Assembly: GCA_964626315.1 (NCBI GenBank)
Contig: CAZVDS010000001.1
Span: 1 to 43,566 of the forward strand
Reading direction: 5' to 3'
From: an uncultured Desulfurellaceae bacterium
Lineage (GTDB): Bacteria > Campylobacterota_A > Desulfurellia > JAGGSF01
DNA length: 43,566 bases
The position numbers and the translations under genes are program-made. Of this stretch, positions 17,178 through 26,396 are shown one piece after another (the stretch's first letter is position 1; each line of letters opens with the position of its first letter). The notes beneath the pieces are model-generated. The model made no database searches. It saw only the letters and a list, made by a program, of their open reading frames with translations, and was not told the DNA's origin.

Positions 17178-18176
17178 ATGTTTTTTGTTAGTGATTTAGT
17201 TCTTCGCACTTTATTTGCTTTATTAACCGCTTTAGTATTTGGTTTTATTTTTATGTATTTTTTTATTCCCTATGCTAAGAGATGGGGTTTAGGTCAAAGT
17301 GTTAGGTTAGATGGTCCCAAGGAACATCTCTCAAAGAAAGGAACACCAACTGCAGCAGGCTTAATTATATGGTTTAGTGTAATATTATCTATTCTGTTGT
17401 GGGCAAACCCAAAGAATACATTTATACCCATTGTATTATGGGTTATCTTTTCCTTCACATCTATAGGATTTATAGACGATCTTCTCAAGATAAAGAGGGG
17501 GGAGGGGAGGGGATTTTGTATAAGGAGTAAGCTTTTGCTACAAGGATTTTTCGCTTTAATTACAGCTTACTGGATTTATATTGCAATGGATGGTTTGAGT
17601 TATTTATATATTCCTATTATAGCTTATCATCTTAATTTAGGATTATTTTATATTTTGTTTGCAGGAACAGTTATTTTTTTCTTCTCCAATGCTGTAAATT
17701 TGACTGATGGTTTAGATGGCATGGTTACTATTCCTTCCCTTTGTATTATCCTGGTGTTGATGGTTTTTCTCTATAGTGCTGAGGGTTATGTAAGAGGGGC
17801 AAAAGAGTTAATAGTTGTTTTAGGTGCTATCTCTGGTTCGCTTATTGCTTTTTTATGGTATAATTGCTATCCTGCACAGGTTTTTATGGGTGACACCGGG
17901 TCTTTAACCTTGGGCGCATTGTTAGGAACATCGGCTGTAATTGTTAAGCAGGAGATTTTATTTTTTGTGGCTGGCGGTCTGTTTATATTGGAAGCAATAT
18001 CTGTTTTTCTACAACTTTTTAGCTTTAGATTAAGGGGAAAGAGAATTTTCAAAATGGCACCTTTGCATCACCACTATGAACTTAAGGGCTGGTCTGAGAC
18101 AAAGGTGGTGGTGAGATTCTGGATTATATCTGTAATACTGGCTATTATTTCTATAGGTGTTTTGAGGGTAAGATGA
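17178..18176 (+). CDS. mraY: phospho-N-acetylmuramoyl-pentapeptide transferase
   Basis: Polytopic membrane protein with IGFIDDLLKI, NLTDGLDG, MGDTGSL and APLHHHYE motifs. Confidence 0.95.
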   Translation: MFFVSDLVLRTLFALLTALVFGFIFMYFFIPYAKRWGLGQSVRLDGPKEHLSKKGTPTAAGLIIWFSVILSILLWANPKNTFIPIVLWVIFSFTSIGFIDDLLKIKRGEGRGFCIRSKLLLQGFFALITAYWIYIAMDGLSYLYIPIIAYHLNLGLFYILFAGTVIFFFSNAVNLTDGLDGMVTIPSLCIILVLMVFLYSAEGYVRGAKELIVVLGAISGSLIAFLWYNCYPAQVFMGDTGSLTLGALLGTSAVIVKQEILFFVAGGLFILEAISVFLQLFSFRLRGKRIFKMAPLHHHYELKGWSETKVVVRFWIISVILAIISIGVLRVR

Positions 18177-19489
18177 AATTCGCTGTAATTGGTTATGGTA
18201 GAAGCGGAAGAGCAGTTGTAGATTATCTTTCAACGCATGGAGAGGCATGTTGTGTTTTTGACGAAGGAAATCTTAAGGCTGAAAATAAGAAGAATGTGCA
18301 TTATTTTTTTGGTGATGAAGCAAAGAATTTCTACAAGCTTGAGTTTGACACAATAGTGACAAGTCCTGGAATTAGGCGTGATCATCCCTTTATAAGGTAT
18401 GCATTGGGTAAAAGAAAACATGTAATAGGAGAGATAGAATTTGGATATGAAATAAGCAGATGTCCTATAATAGCAATTACAGGAACAAATGGTAAAACTA
18501 CATGCACTTATCTCATAGAAAAGATGTTGAATGTCTCGGGTCTTAAGGCAAAAGCTTGCGGGAATATAGGTTTTCCTCTCACTGCTGCTGTGGCAGCAAG
18601 CAATTGGGATTTTTTGGTGGTGGAAGTAAGTAGTTTTCAATTGGAGTTTATTGATAGATTTAAACCATCTATTGCAGTGCTTTTAAATATAAGCAAAGAT
18701 CACTTATGTAGGTACGAAAATCTTCAGGAATATAAGATGACAAAGTTAAAAATCTTTAGTAATCAAGATAAAGATACTCGTGCTGTGTATAATTGTGATT
18801 TTTACGATATGGAGATGATAAATCCCTTACCTTATATAGTACCTTTTTCTCATCGGTGTTTACCTCTGGGTGGAGCACAGGCGAAAAAAGACAGAGTGTT
18901 GTTATCCGTAAATGGTGGAAAAGAGATAATTGATCATACAAGATTATTTGGCAAACACAATATGGAAAATATAGCCGCTGCATCATGTGCATCTTTAGCT
19001 TGCGGCGTAAATATTGATACAGTCAGGGAGGTGGCTATGGCTACAGAGACACTTGCTCACAGATTGGAATATGTGGGTGAGATAGAAGGCGTAAAATTTT
19101 ATAATGATTCTAAGAGCACGAATATTGATGCGGTAAAGAATGCAGTAATGGCTTTTGATAAACCTATTGTCTTAATTTTGGGAGGCAAGCATAAAGGTGT
19201 GTCCTTTGCGGAACTGGTGCCATTTTTAAAAGAAAAGGTTAAGATGGTAATTGTGTTTGGCGAAGATAGAAAAAGAATAGATGAGGAATTAAAGGGTATA
19301 TTTGCCGTTCCGGCATTGGATGTGGCAGGAGCAATTAGTGGTGCTTTCTCTTTCGCTGCCAAAGGTGAGATCGTTTTATTTAGTCCTGGTGGATCGAGTT
19401 TTGATCAGTACAAAAATTTTGAAGAGAGAGGGGAAGATTTTAAAAGAAAATTCGCTCGATTCAAAAAGAAATATGAAAGCACTCCCTGA
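18173..19489 (+). CDS. murD: UDP-N-acetylmuramoylalanine--D-glutamate ligase
   Basis: Mur ligase P-loop GTNGKTT, dcw position, 438 aa. Confidence 0.9.
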   Translation: MKFAVIGYGRSGRAVVDYLSTHGEACCVFDEGNLKAENKKNVHYFFGDEAKNFYKLEFDTIVTSPGIRRDHPFIRYALGKRKHVIGEIEFGYEISRCPIIAITGTNGKTTCTYLIEKMLNVSGLKAKACGNIGFPLTAAVAASNWDFLVVEVSSFQLEFIDRFKPSIAVLLNISKDHLCRYENLQEYKMTKLKIFSNQDKDTRAVYNCDFYDMEMINPLPYIVPFSHRCLPLGGAQAKKDRVLLSVNGGKEIIDHTRLFGKHNMENIAAASCASLACGVNIDTVREVAMATETLAHRLEYVGEIEGVKFYNDSKSTNIDAVKNAVMAFDKPIVLILGGKHKGVSFAELVPFLKEKVKMVIVFGEDRKRIDEELKGIFAVPALDVAGAISGAFSFAAKGEIVLFSPGGSSFDQYKNFEERGEDFKRKFARFKKKYESTP

Positions 19490-20558
19490 CGGTTTTGATG
19501 TCCAGTTATTAATTATCAGTGTTTTTGTGCTTACTCTTATAGGCATATTGGAGGTATGGAGTTCGTCTTTTGTTTATTCACTTTCACACATGCATACCTC
19601 TTATTTTTTTATTAACAAACAGATTGGATTTGTAATTTTAGGTATAGTTTTTACTTATCTGTTTTACAGGGTAGATTATAACATTTTACGTAGAGGGTCT
19701 TATTTTCTTCTTCTTATTTCTTTTCTCTTTCTTATTTTGCTCCATTTTGGGTTTGGTGTATGTATAAGGGGAGCTTGCAGATGGTTAAATGTAGGAGGTT
19801 TTTCATTTCAACCTTCGGAACTTGCTCGTTTTTCTATTGTTTTATATGCTGCTCATTTCTTAGCTAAGAAAGGAAGTAAAATAACTAATTTTAAAGAAGG
19901 TTTTCTGCCATTGTATATCGTTACCTATTTGCTTTCTCTTTTAGTTGTTATAGAGCCGGATTTAGGTTTTGCCTTACTTCTTATGGTATGTGTGACTACT
20001 GTTATGTATGTTGCTGGAGCGAGAATTATTCATATAGTTTTGGGATTTTTTCCTATGCTAATGGGAATTTTTGTGATTATTTTAGTTTATCCTTCAAAGT
20101 TTCATCGTCTCATTCAATTCTTTCAGCATACTACCGTATTTCAAGTTCAGCAATCATTGATTGCCTTAGGTTCTGGAGGCTTGTTTGGTAAGTGGGCACA
20201 GGGCGGTGGACACTATAAGAATCTTTTTTTACCTGATGCTTATAATGATTTTATACTTTCAGGTGTGGGAGAAGATTTTGGTTTTTTAGGTATTTTTGTT
20301 GTCAGTTTGGCTATTTTTTGTCTGATTTTCTCTATTTTTCGCATAGCCTGGCGGGTTAAAGATGATTTTGCTCATTATTTGTGTTTGGGCATAGGGATAA
20401 GCCTTGCTTATCAATCAATGATAAATATGGGAACGGCGGTAAATCTATTGCCATCTAAAGGAATTACTTTGCCCTTTGTAAGTTATGGTGGAAGTAGTTT
20501 ATTGATAAATTTTATTATTTTAGGTATTTTGTTGAGTATTGTGAGTAGAAATGCATAA
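19473..20558 (+). CDS. ftsW: SEDS-family peptidoglycan glycosyltransferase FtsW
   Basis: PSELARF, LPDAYNDFI and KGITLPFVSYGGSS. The ORF track starts at 19302, but that extension lies inside murD. ATG 19473 (MKALPDGFDV...) immediately precedes the first TM helix. Confidence 0.88.
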   Translation: MKALPDGFDVQLLIISVFVLTLIGILEVWSSSFVYSLSHMHTSYFFINKQIGFVILGIVFTYLFYRVDYNILRRGSYFLLLISFLFLILLHFGFGVCIRGACRWLNVGGFSFQPSELARFSIVLYAAHFLAKKGSKITNFKEGFLPLYIVTYLLSLLVVIEPDLGFALLLMVCVTTVMYVAGARIIHIVLGFFPMLMGIFVIILVYPSKFHRLIQFFQHTTVFQVQQSLIALGSGGLFGKWAQGGGHYKNLFLPDAYNDFILSGVGEDFGFLGIFVVSLAIFCLIFSIFRIAWRVKDDFAHYLCLGIGISLAYQSMINMGTAVNLLPSKGITLPFVSYGGSSLLINFIILGILLSIVSRNA

Positions 20559-21606
20559 GAAAGTGTTAATAGGTGGTGGAGGAACAGGAGGACATTTGTA
20601 TGCTATTATTGCTTTAAGTAAGTTTTTAATGGAAAAAGATGTAGATGTTTTAATTATTGGCTCTTCTTTCGGTTTGGAGAAGAAAATCTTTGAAAAATAT
20701 GATTTTAAATATTATTTATTTCCTATATATGGTTTCATGGGAAAACAGATATTCCACAAATTAAAGAGTGCCTTTTCTTTGTTTTATTCAACAATTAAAA
20801 CAGTTTTGATTATTTTTAAATTTAGACCACAAGCTGTAATTGGCGTAGGCGGTTTTGTTTCTTTTCCTGTTGTTTTTGCAGCTTTTATATTAAATAAAAA
20901 GAGGGCAATTTTGGAGCAGAATTTTGTACCTGGTAAAGCAAACAGATTACTCTCTCACATATCAAATAGGGTGTTTCTTAATTTCCCTCAAACTAAAAAT
21001 TATTTTAAATGTAAGGTTGAAGTGGTAGGAAACCCAATAAGAAAATCCATTTCGCACCTCAAGAAGGAAGAATTTTTATACCAGGGCATATTACATCTTT
21101 TAGTTTTTGGTGGAAGCCTCGGTGCACATAGTATAAATGAGGCAATGATGGAATTTGCAGAAATATATAAAAAAAATAAGAAAAGGGAAATTTTTGTTGT
21201 TCACCAAACAGGCAAACAAGATTATAAAAAGGTAAAGAGATACTATGAGAAGTTGAATTTGTCATGGAAGGTCTATGATTTTATAGAGGATATAGGGAAG
21301 GTGTATGAAAAAAGTGATATTGTTTTAAGCAGAGCAGGAGCCAGTACGATTACTGAAATTGCTTGTATAGGGATACCTGTGATTTTTGTGCCGTATCCCC
21401 ATGCTATATATAATCATCAGTATATAAACGCAAAATGTGTGGAAGAGATAGGGGGGGCTGTAACAGTAAAGGATTCAAAACTTAATGGGAAAATAATTGA
21501 TGATATTATTTCTGACATAGATAAGGATAAATTACTCTCTATGTCTAAGAATATAAGAAAATTGTATAACAACCAAAATATTGAAAGAATCTATCACTGG
21601 ATTTAG
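20551..21606 (+). CDS. murG: undecaprenyldiphospho-muramoylpentapeptide beta-N-acetylglucosaminyltransferase
   Basis: GGGTGGHLYA near the N-terminus, SRAGASTITE in the C-domain, dcw position. Confidence 0.9.
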   Translation: MHKKVLIGGGGTGGHLYAIIALSKFLMEKDVDVLIIGSSFGLEKKIFEKYDFKYYLFPIYGFMGKQIFHKLKSAFSLFYSTIKTVLIIFKFRPQAVIGVGGFVSFPVVFAAFILNKKRAILEQNFVPGKANRLLSHISNRVFLNFPQTKNYFKCKVEVVGNPIRKSISHLKKEEFLYQGILHLLVFGGSLGAHSINEAMMEFAEIYKKNKKREIFVVHQTGKQDYKKVKRYYEKLNLSWKVYDFIEDIGKVYEKSDIVLSRAGASTITEIACIGIPVIFVPYPHAIYNHQYINAKCVEEIGGAVTVKDSKLNGKIIDDIISDIDKDKLLSMSKNIRKLYNNQNIERIYHWI

Positions 21607-21612
21607 ATTTTG

Positions 21613-21672
21613 CTTGACAAGTATCGAAGATACTTGCAAGGAAAAGTTTTGTTAAAACAAAACTTTTCCTTG
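21613..21672 (+). terminator. two adjacent strong hairpins/palindromes downstream of murG (possible terminator or operator)
   Basis: Hairpin 1 is CAAGTATC-gaa-GATACTTG (21618-21636), extendable by CTTG/CAAG. Hairpin 2 is CAAGGAAAAGTTTTG-ttaaaa-CAAAACTTTTCCTTG (21637-21672, perfect 15-bp stem). There is no clean U-tract afterwards. Confidence 0.35.
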
Positions 21673-21706
21673 ATATTCTTTGCAAAAAATGTAAAAATTT
21701 TAATTT

Positions 21707-22474
21707 ATGAAGGGTATAATAGCGATTGCCAATCAGAAGGGTGGGGTAGGTAAAACAACCACTGCTATAAATCTGGGTGCATCATTAGCTTTGGCAAAAA
21801 AAAGAATATTATTGATTGATTTAGATCCACAGGCTAATGCTACATCAGGATTAGGTTTTAGTATAAGAGACTACGAATTTAATATTTATCATGCTTTTAT
21901 AGGGAGAAAAAAACTAAAAGATATGATGTTGGAGACAGAAATAAAGAGTTTACATCTCATACCTTCGCATATTGCTCTTATTGGTGCGGAAGTAGAATTG
22001 GTTGCTTTAGAGGGGAAAGAAAGCATATTAAAGAAACTGATTACAAATGTTAAAAAAAATTACGATTATATATTAATCGATTGTCCTCCATCGTTAGGTA
22101 TTTTAACAATTAATGCATTGGTGGCCACAGATTCTGTTATTGTGCCCGTTCAATGTGAATATTATGCTATGGAAGGCTTAGCACATCTTTTAAATACCGT
22201 TCGCTTGGTGAGAAAATTATACAATTCCTCCCTTGGAATAAGGGGGTTTTTATTAACTATGCATGATAGGAGAAATAACCTTTCAAAACAGGTTGCGATG
22301 GAGATAAAAAAACATTTTTCTTCTCATGAAGTTTTTAAAACACTTATTCCTCGTAATGTGCGATTGAGCGAAGCACCCAGTTATGGTAGACCTGTTGTTA
22401 TATACAGCAAGAGTTCATCAGGTTCTCGCGGTTATTTATCGTTGGCTAAGGAAGTAATAGAAAATGACACTTAG
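21707..22474 (+). CDS. parA: chromosome partitioning ATPase ParA/Soj
   Basis: Deviant Walker A at the N-terminus (IAIANQKGGVGKTTT), then LLIDLDPQANAT and DCPPSLG. Confidence 0.9.
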   Translation: MKGIIAIANQKGGVGKTTTAINLGASLALAKKRILLIDLDPQANATSGLGFSIRDYEFNIYHAFIGRKKLKDMMLETEIKSLHLIPSHIALIGAEVELVALEGKESILKKLITNVKKNYDYILIDCPPSLGILTINALVATDSVIVPVQCEYYAMEGLAHLLNTVRLVRKLYNSSLGIRGFLLTMHDRRNNLSKQVAMEIKKHFSSHEVFKTLIPRNVRLSEAPSYGRPVVIYSKSSSGSRGYLSLAKEVIENDT

Positions 22475-23255
22475 AAAAAAAGCTCTGGGTAAAGGATTAT
22501 CTGCCTTACTTCCAGATTTATATGAAGATGATATAGAACAGGTTGATGTAAAATTAATTAAATCCAATCCTTTTCAACCTCGAGGTAGTGTCAATGCTTC
22601 TGAATTAAAAGAATTGGCACATTCTATAAAAGAAAAAGGCTTGATTCAACCTGTTGTAGTGAGACAAAAAAAGGATTATTACGAATTGGTAGTGGGTGAA
22701 AGAAGGTGGAAAGCAGCAGTTTTGGCAGGTTTATCTAAAGTTCCTGCTATCGTAAAAGATTTTAGTGATATAGAGTCTGTTGAAGTAGCCATTATAGAGA
22801 ATGTTCAGAGAAAAAATCTTTCACCGATAGAGGAAGCGATGGCCTACAAGAGATTGATTGAAAATTTTGGATACACTCAAGAAAAGGTGGCACAGAAAAT
22901 AGGTAAAAACAGAACGACCGTTGCCAATATTTTAAGAATACTTGATTTGCCACAAGAAATTGTAAACATGATTCATGAAGGTAAAATCAGTCAAGGTCAT
23001 GCTCGGGCATTACTTGCTTTAAAGAATGATAAAAAGAAAATCTATTGGGCAAATGAAATAAAAAGAAAAAAACTGACAGTAAGAGAGATAGAAAATATAA
23101 AAGATAGAGATGAAATAAAACGAATATCTCAATCCATTTCAAGTAAAATAGAGCTATCTGCCAGCATAAAAGGAACATTAGAGAAGGGAAAATTGGAGAT
23201 AAGATTCAATAATAACAAGGAATTTAAGAGATTGCTCTCTCTTTTTGATTTTTAA
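22464..23255 (+). CDS. parB: chromosome partitioning protein ParB/Spo0J
   Basis: KALGKGLSALL, LIQPVVVR..YELVVGERRWKAA (ParB box), and an HTH region QEKVAQKIGKNRTTVANILR. Confidence 0.9.
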   Translation: MTLRKKALGKGLSALLPDLYEDDIEQVDVKLIKSNPFQPRGSVNASELKELAHSIKEKGLIQPVVVRQKKDYYELVVGERRWKAAVLAGLSKVPAIVKDFSDIESVEVAIIENVQRKNLSPIEEAMAYKRLIENFGYTQEKVAQKIGKNRTTVANILRILDLPQEIVNMIHEGKISQGHARALLALKNDKKKIYWANEIKRKKLTVREIENIKDRDEIKRISQSISSKIELSASIKGTLEKGKLEIRFNNNKEFKRLLSLFDF

Positions 23256-24918
23256 CATGCTCAAAAAGCTATTTTTACCCATACTTTTTGTTTTTATTTT
23301 TTCATTTTCTGCTTATGCAAATACAACAGTGAATGTCAGTGGGGTAGTGAAAAATATGCATGGTGAACCAGTAGACGAGGTATGTGTTAAACTTCTTTAT
23401 AATGATAAGCAGATAGCAGAAGCATATTCTGGAGACAATGGAATATATAATCTTACTGCAGGTTTAGATAAAAAACCCGATAATCTTTATATACAATTTT
23501 CTAAAAGTAATTACAAAAAGGTAACAAAAAATATATCTGTTTATAGCTATGATACATCAAAGCAAATATATCTCTTCCATGCAAGTTCTATATTGGATAG
23601 GACGATTACCCCTGCATTCTATATTTCTGTTCTTGCTCTTATTATGGTTTTTGTGTTGATTTCATTAGAGCTGGTGCATAGAACATTAGCAGCATCTTTG
23701 GGTGCTGCTCTGGTTTTATTCATCTCTTATACACTAGGTACCTTAGATAAAAACTATTTTATCATTTCGTTTGGAGAAGCGACAAAATCTATAGATTTAA
23801 ATGTGATACTACTCTTGATGGGAATGATGATCATTGTTGGTGTGATGAAAAAAACAGGTGTTTTTCAATGGTTGGCATATAAATCTTTTTCCTTTTCTAA
23901 GGGGAATGTGTTTTTACTTTCCGTGATTTTTATGTTTACTACTGCCGTTTTATCTGCTTTTTTGGATAATGTAACCACTATGCTTCTCATTGCTCCTGTT
24001 TCTATAGAGATTGCACTGGTTTTGGGTATATCTCCCTTTAGTTTACTTATACCGGAGATTTTGGCGTCAAATATGGGGGGAACATCTACATTAATAGGTG
24101 ACCCTCCTAATATTTTGATAGGTTCTTATGCTCATTTAACATTCAATGATTTTTTCATCAACCTTTTCCCTGTTATATTGATTATTTTAGTTGTTAATGT
24201 GTTTTTAATGAAGCTTTATTATGGAAAAGAATACAGAAAAGCAAAAATAAAAAATATAGATGAACTTTTAATTAAGCTGAAAAAGGAATACAAGATAACA
24301 AATAGAAAACTCCTCAAATATTGTCTTTTTGTTCTGATTTTTGTCGTATTTATGTTTATCGTTCATGGCTTTTTAAATATGGAGCCATGTATTGCTGCTT
24401 TGACAGGAGCGGCAGTGCTCCTTGTGATAAGTGGAGTAGATGTTGTAGAAATAATAGAAAGAGAAGTAGAATGGCCCACGCTCGTCTTTTTTATTATGTT
24501 GTTTATTGTGGTAGGAGCTGTGATTTCCACTGGTGTAATTCAGCTTATTGCTTCCTGGGTAGTGGATTTTTCAGGTGGCAGCTTAATTGTATCTATGATA
24601 CTAATTGTATGGGTTTCTGCTATTGCCTCGGCTGTGGTTGATAATATCCCATTTACAGCGACTATGCTCCCGGTGGTGGCTTACCTGACATCTGCCATAC
24701 CTTCATCTCGTCCTGATATTCTCTGGTGGGCATTGTCTTTAGGTGCTTGCTTGGGTGGGAATGGGACACTTATTGGAGCGAGTGCAAATATTGTTACTGC
24801 TGGATTTGCAGAAAGATCAGGGTTCCCGTTAAGGTTTGTAGATTTTCTTAAGGTTGGCGGACCGGTAACAGTGGTGAGTTTGATTATTGCTACTCTATGG
24901 CTGATTATTGGAGGATAA
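23245..24918 (+). CDS. ArsB/NhaD-superfamily permease with N-terminal signal peptide and carboxypeptidase-regulatory-like domain
   Basis: Residues about 1-110 hold a signal peptide, then VSGVVKNMHGEPVDEVCVKLLYNDKQIAEAYSGDNGIYNL (beta-sandwich-like). The rest is a polytopic permease with FLDNVTTMLLIAPV and VDNIPFTATMLPV repeats. The start may be 23257. Confidence 0.7.
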   Translation: MIFNMLKKLFLPILFVFIFSFSAYANTTVNVSGVVKNMHGEPVDEVCVKLLYNDKQIAEAYSGDNGIYNLTAGLDKKPDNLYIQFSKSNYKKVTKNISVYSYDTSKQIYLFHASSILDRTITPAFYISVLALIMVFVLISLELVHRTLAASLGAALVLFISYTLGTLDKNYFIISFGEATKSIDLNVILLLMGMMIIVGVMKKTGVFQWLAYKSFSFSKGNVFLLSVIFMFTTAVLSAFLDNVTTMLLIAPVSIEIALVLGISPFSLLIPEILASNMGGTSTLIGDPPNILIGSYAHLTFNDFFINLFPVILIILVVNVFLMKLYYGKEYRKAKIKNIDELLIKLKKEYKITNRKLLKYCLFVLIFVVFMFIVHGFLNMEPCIAALTGAAVLLVISGVDVVEIIEREVEWPTLVFFIMLFIVVGAVISTGVIQLIASWVVDFSGGSLIVSMILIVWVSAIASAVVDNIPFTATMLPVVAYLTSAIPSSRPDILWWALSLGACLGGNGTLIGASANIVTAGFAERSGFPLRFVDFLKVGGPVTVVSLIIATLWLIIGG

Positions 24919-25359
24919 ATGCAGTTGGTATGTATTGCAAAGGGATCTCCATCTGGTGAAAGAGCAGCTAAAAAGGCAGCAGAAATAGCCAAAAAAGATG
25001 GATATAATAAGATTTCGCTTTTGTTTATTGTTGATGTAGATTTTCTTTCAAAGAGTTTAACAGGATATACAAAGGAAGAAAATAGAGCAAAAGAAGGACT
25101 TGTGCACATTGGAAAAACAATTATGGAAAAGCTGAAGAAAATCATATTGGATATTTTTCCGCAGGTAAATGTAAGGAAGATTTTTAGAGAAGGTTCAACG
25201 GCAGAGGTTATTAGATGTTTTGTGAAAAACAATACGATTGCTAAACTTATCATTCCTAAAGAGGAGAGGGGTCCTATTGAAAAAACATTAGTAGGTGGAG
25301 ATATTGAATCATTTATTAAGGAACTATCCAATTATACGAAGGTTACTATTGTATTATAG
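24919..25359 (+). CDS. universal stress protein (USP)-like protein
   Basis: 146 aa with an alpha/beta layout, a C-terminal LVGGD....I motif and a hydrophobic terminal strand resembling the USP ATP-binding region. Starts 1 nt after the permease stop. Weak call from motifs only. Confidence 0.45.
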   Translation: MQLVCIAKGSPSGERAAKKAAEIAKKDGYNKISLLFIVDVDFLSKSLTGYTKEENRAKEGLVHIGKTIMEKLKKIILDIFPQVNVRKIFREGSTAEVIRCFVKNNTIAKLIIPKEERGPIEKTLVGGDIESFIKELSNYTKVTIVL

Positions 25360-25365
25360 TCGCAC

Positions 25366-25394
25366 TTGCATAAAGAGAATATATATGGTAAATT
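25366..25394 (+). promoter_or_regulatory. candidate sigma-70 promoter (extended -10) for the atp cluster
   Basis: TTGCAT (25366-25371), 17-nt spacer ending TGg, TAAATT (25389-25394). GGAGG at 25412-25416 precedes the TTG start at 25427. Confidence 0.45.
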
Positions 25395-25426
25395 TCTTTC
25401 CAATAAAATTTGGAGGTAACTAAGAG

Positions 25427-25843
25427 TTGGTAGAGCTTAATAATATGATTATTGCACAGATGATTGCTTTTATAGTTCTTCTTTTCCTGCTTAATATTGT
25501 ATTATATAAACCTATTCTTTCTACAATGGGTAAGCGTAGAGAGAATGTAGAATCTCAACTTTCACAGGCAGAAAAAGTCACCGAGAATGCACAAGAGAAA
25601 AAAAAAGAGCATGAAAAGATATTGGAAAATGCAAGGGCAAATGGAAAAAAATTGTATAATGATCTTGTTTCAGAAGCAGTTTCAGAAAAAGATAAGCTCT
25701 TACATGAAACGGAGGAAAAACTGAAGACAGAGATTCATAAGTTCAATGCTTATATAGAAGAGATAAAGAAAAAAGAGCTAAAACAGGGGGAACATCTTTC
25801 TGATGATATTGCTGATAAAATATTTAACAAACTTACTGTTTAG
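25427..25843 (+). CDS. F-type ATP synthase Fo subunit b'
   Basis: One N-terminal TM helix followed by a long charged helix (LYKPILSTMGKRRENV...). It is the first of two tandem b-type genes before atpH. TTG start. Confidence 0.75.
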   Translation: MVELNNMIIAQMIAFIVLLFLLNIVLYKPILSTMGKRRENVESQLSQAEKVTENAQEKKKEHEKILENARANGKKLYNDLVSEAVSEKDKLLHETEEKLKTEIHKFNAYIEEIKKKELKQGEHLSDDIADKIFNKLTV

Positions 25844-25850
25844 GAAAGGC

Positions 25851-26396
25851 ATGATATTGCTGTTGTTTATCGCATTTATTTTATTTCCCACTTTTGTTTA
25901 TGGAGCTGAAGAAGCGCTTCCTCCCCATATGATGTGGAGAGTGATTAATTTTGTTATATTTGTTGCGTTTCTGTACTATGTATTGAGGAAACCAATAGGT
26001 AGTTTCTTCAAAAGCAGAAAAGAGAAAATATGGAAAGAGATGGACGATGCAAAAAAGTCTTATGAAGAAGCTATGAGAATGCTTAAAGAGATAGAAGAAA
26101 AATTATCTCAAGTGGACAACGAAATAGAAAAAATCCTAAGTCTGAATCGTGCTATAGGAGAAAAAGAAAAAAAGGATATATTGGAGAAACTTAAAGATAT
26201 GATAGAGATGATTGAACGCAGTAAAAGTTTAGAGAAAGAAATTATGGAGAAGAAAGCGCGAAGAGAAATTGTAATGAATATTGTAGAGCAAGCAATTGAA
26301 AAGACAAAGAGAAATTTGATAGAGAAAATGGATGTATCACTTCATCGAAAGATAAATAGAAAATCTCTTGCTGCTTTAAAGGATATAGTAAAATGA
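25851..26396 (+). CDS. atpF: F-type ATP synthase Fo subunit b
   Basis: N-terminal TM region and a long Lys/Glu-rich helix, immediately upstream of atpH. ATG 25851 (after AGGAAAGG) is preferred over 25803, which overlaps the b' gene. Confidence 0.8.
   Translation: MILLLFIAFILFPTFVYGAEEALPPHMMWRVINFVIFVAFLYYVLRKPIGSFFKSRKEKIWKEMDDAKKSYEEAMRMLKEIEEKLSQVDNEIEKILSLNRAIGEKEKKDILEKLKDMIEMIERSKSLEKEIMEKKARREIVMNIVEQAIEKTKRNLIEKMDVSLHRKINRKSLAALKDIVK

Noticed and set aside
17495-17512. G-rich run GAGGGGGGAGGGGAGGGG inside mraY, conspicuous in an AT-rich genome. Possible G-quadruplex or slippage tract.
   Set aside because: It encodes the R-G-E-G-R-G cytoplasmic loop of MraY. Only three G-runs are separated by single A's, so a canonical four-run, three-tetrad G4 is not possible. 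The G6 tract is short for phase variation, and the gene is essential.
19302-19472. Long N-terminal extension of the ftsW ORF overlapping murD by 188 nt.
   Set aside because: The extension has no FtsW-like sequence and lies within well-supported murD coding sequence. ATG 19473 immediately precedes the first TM helix.
24681-25331. 216-aa ORF on the minus strand, the longest unexplained ORF in the track.
   Set aside because: It lies entirely antisense to the permease 3' end and the USP-like gene. Its Ser/Phe/Ile/Leu/Pro-rich, low-complexity translation is typical of a shadow frame opposite a Lys/Glu-rich AT-rich gene. It has no recognisable motif and no SD.
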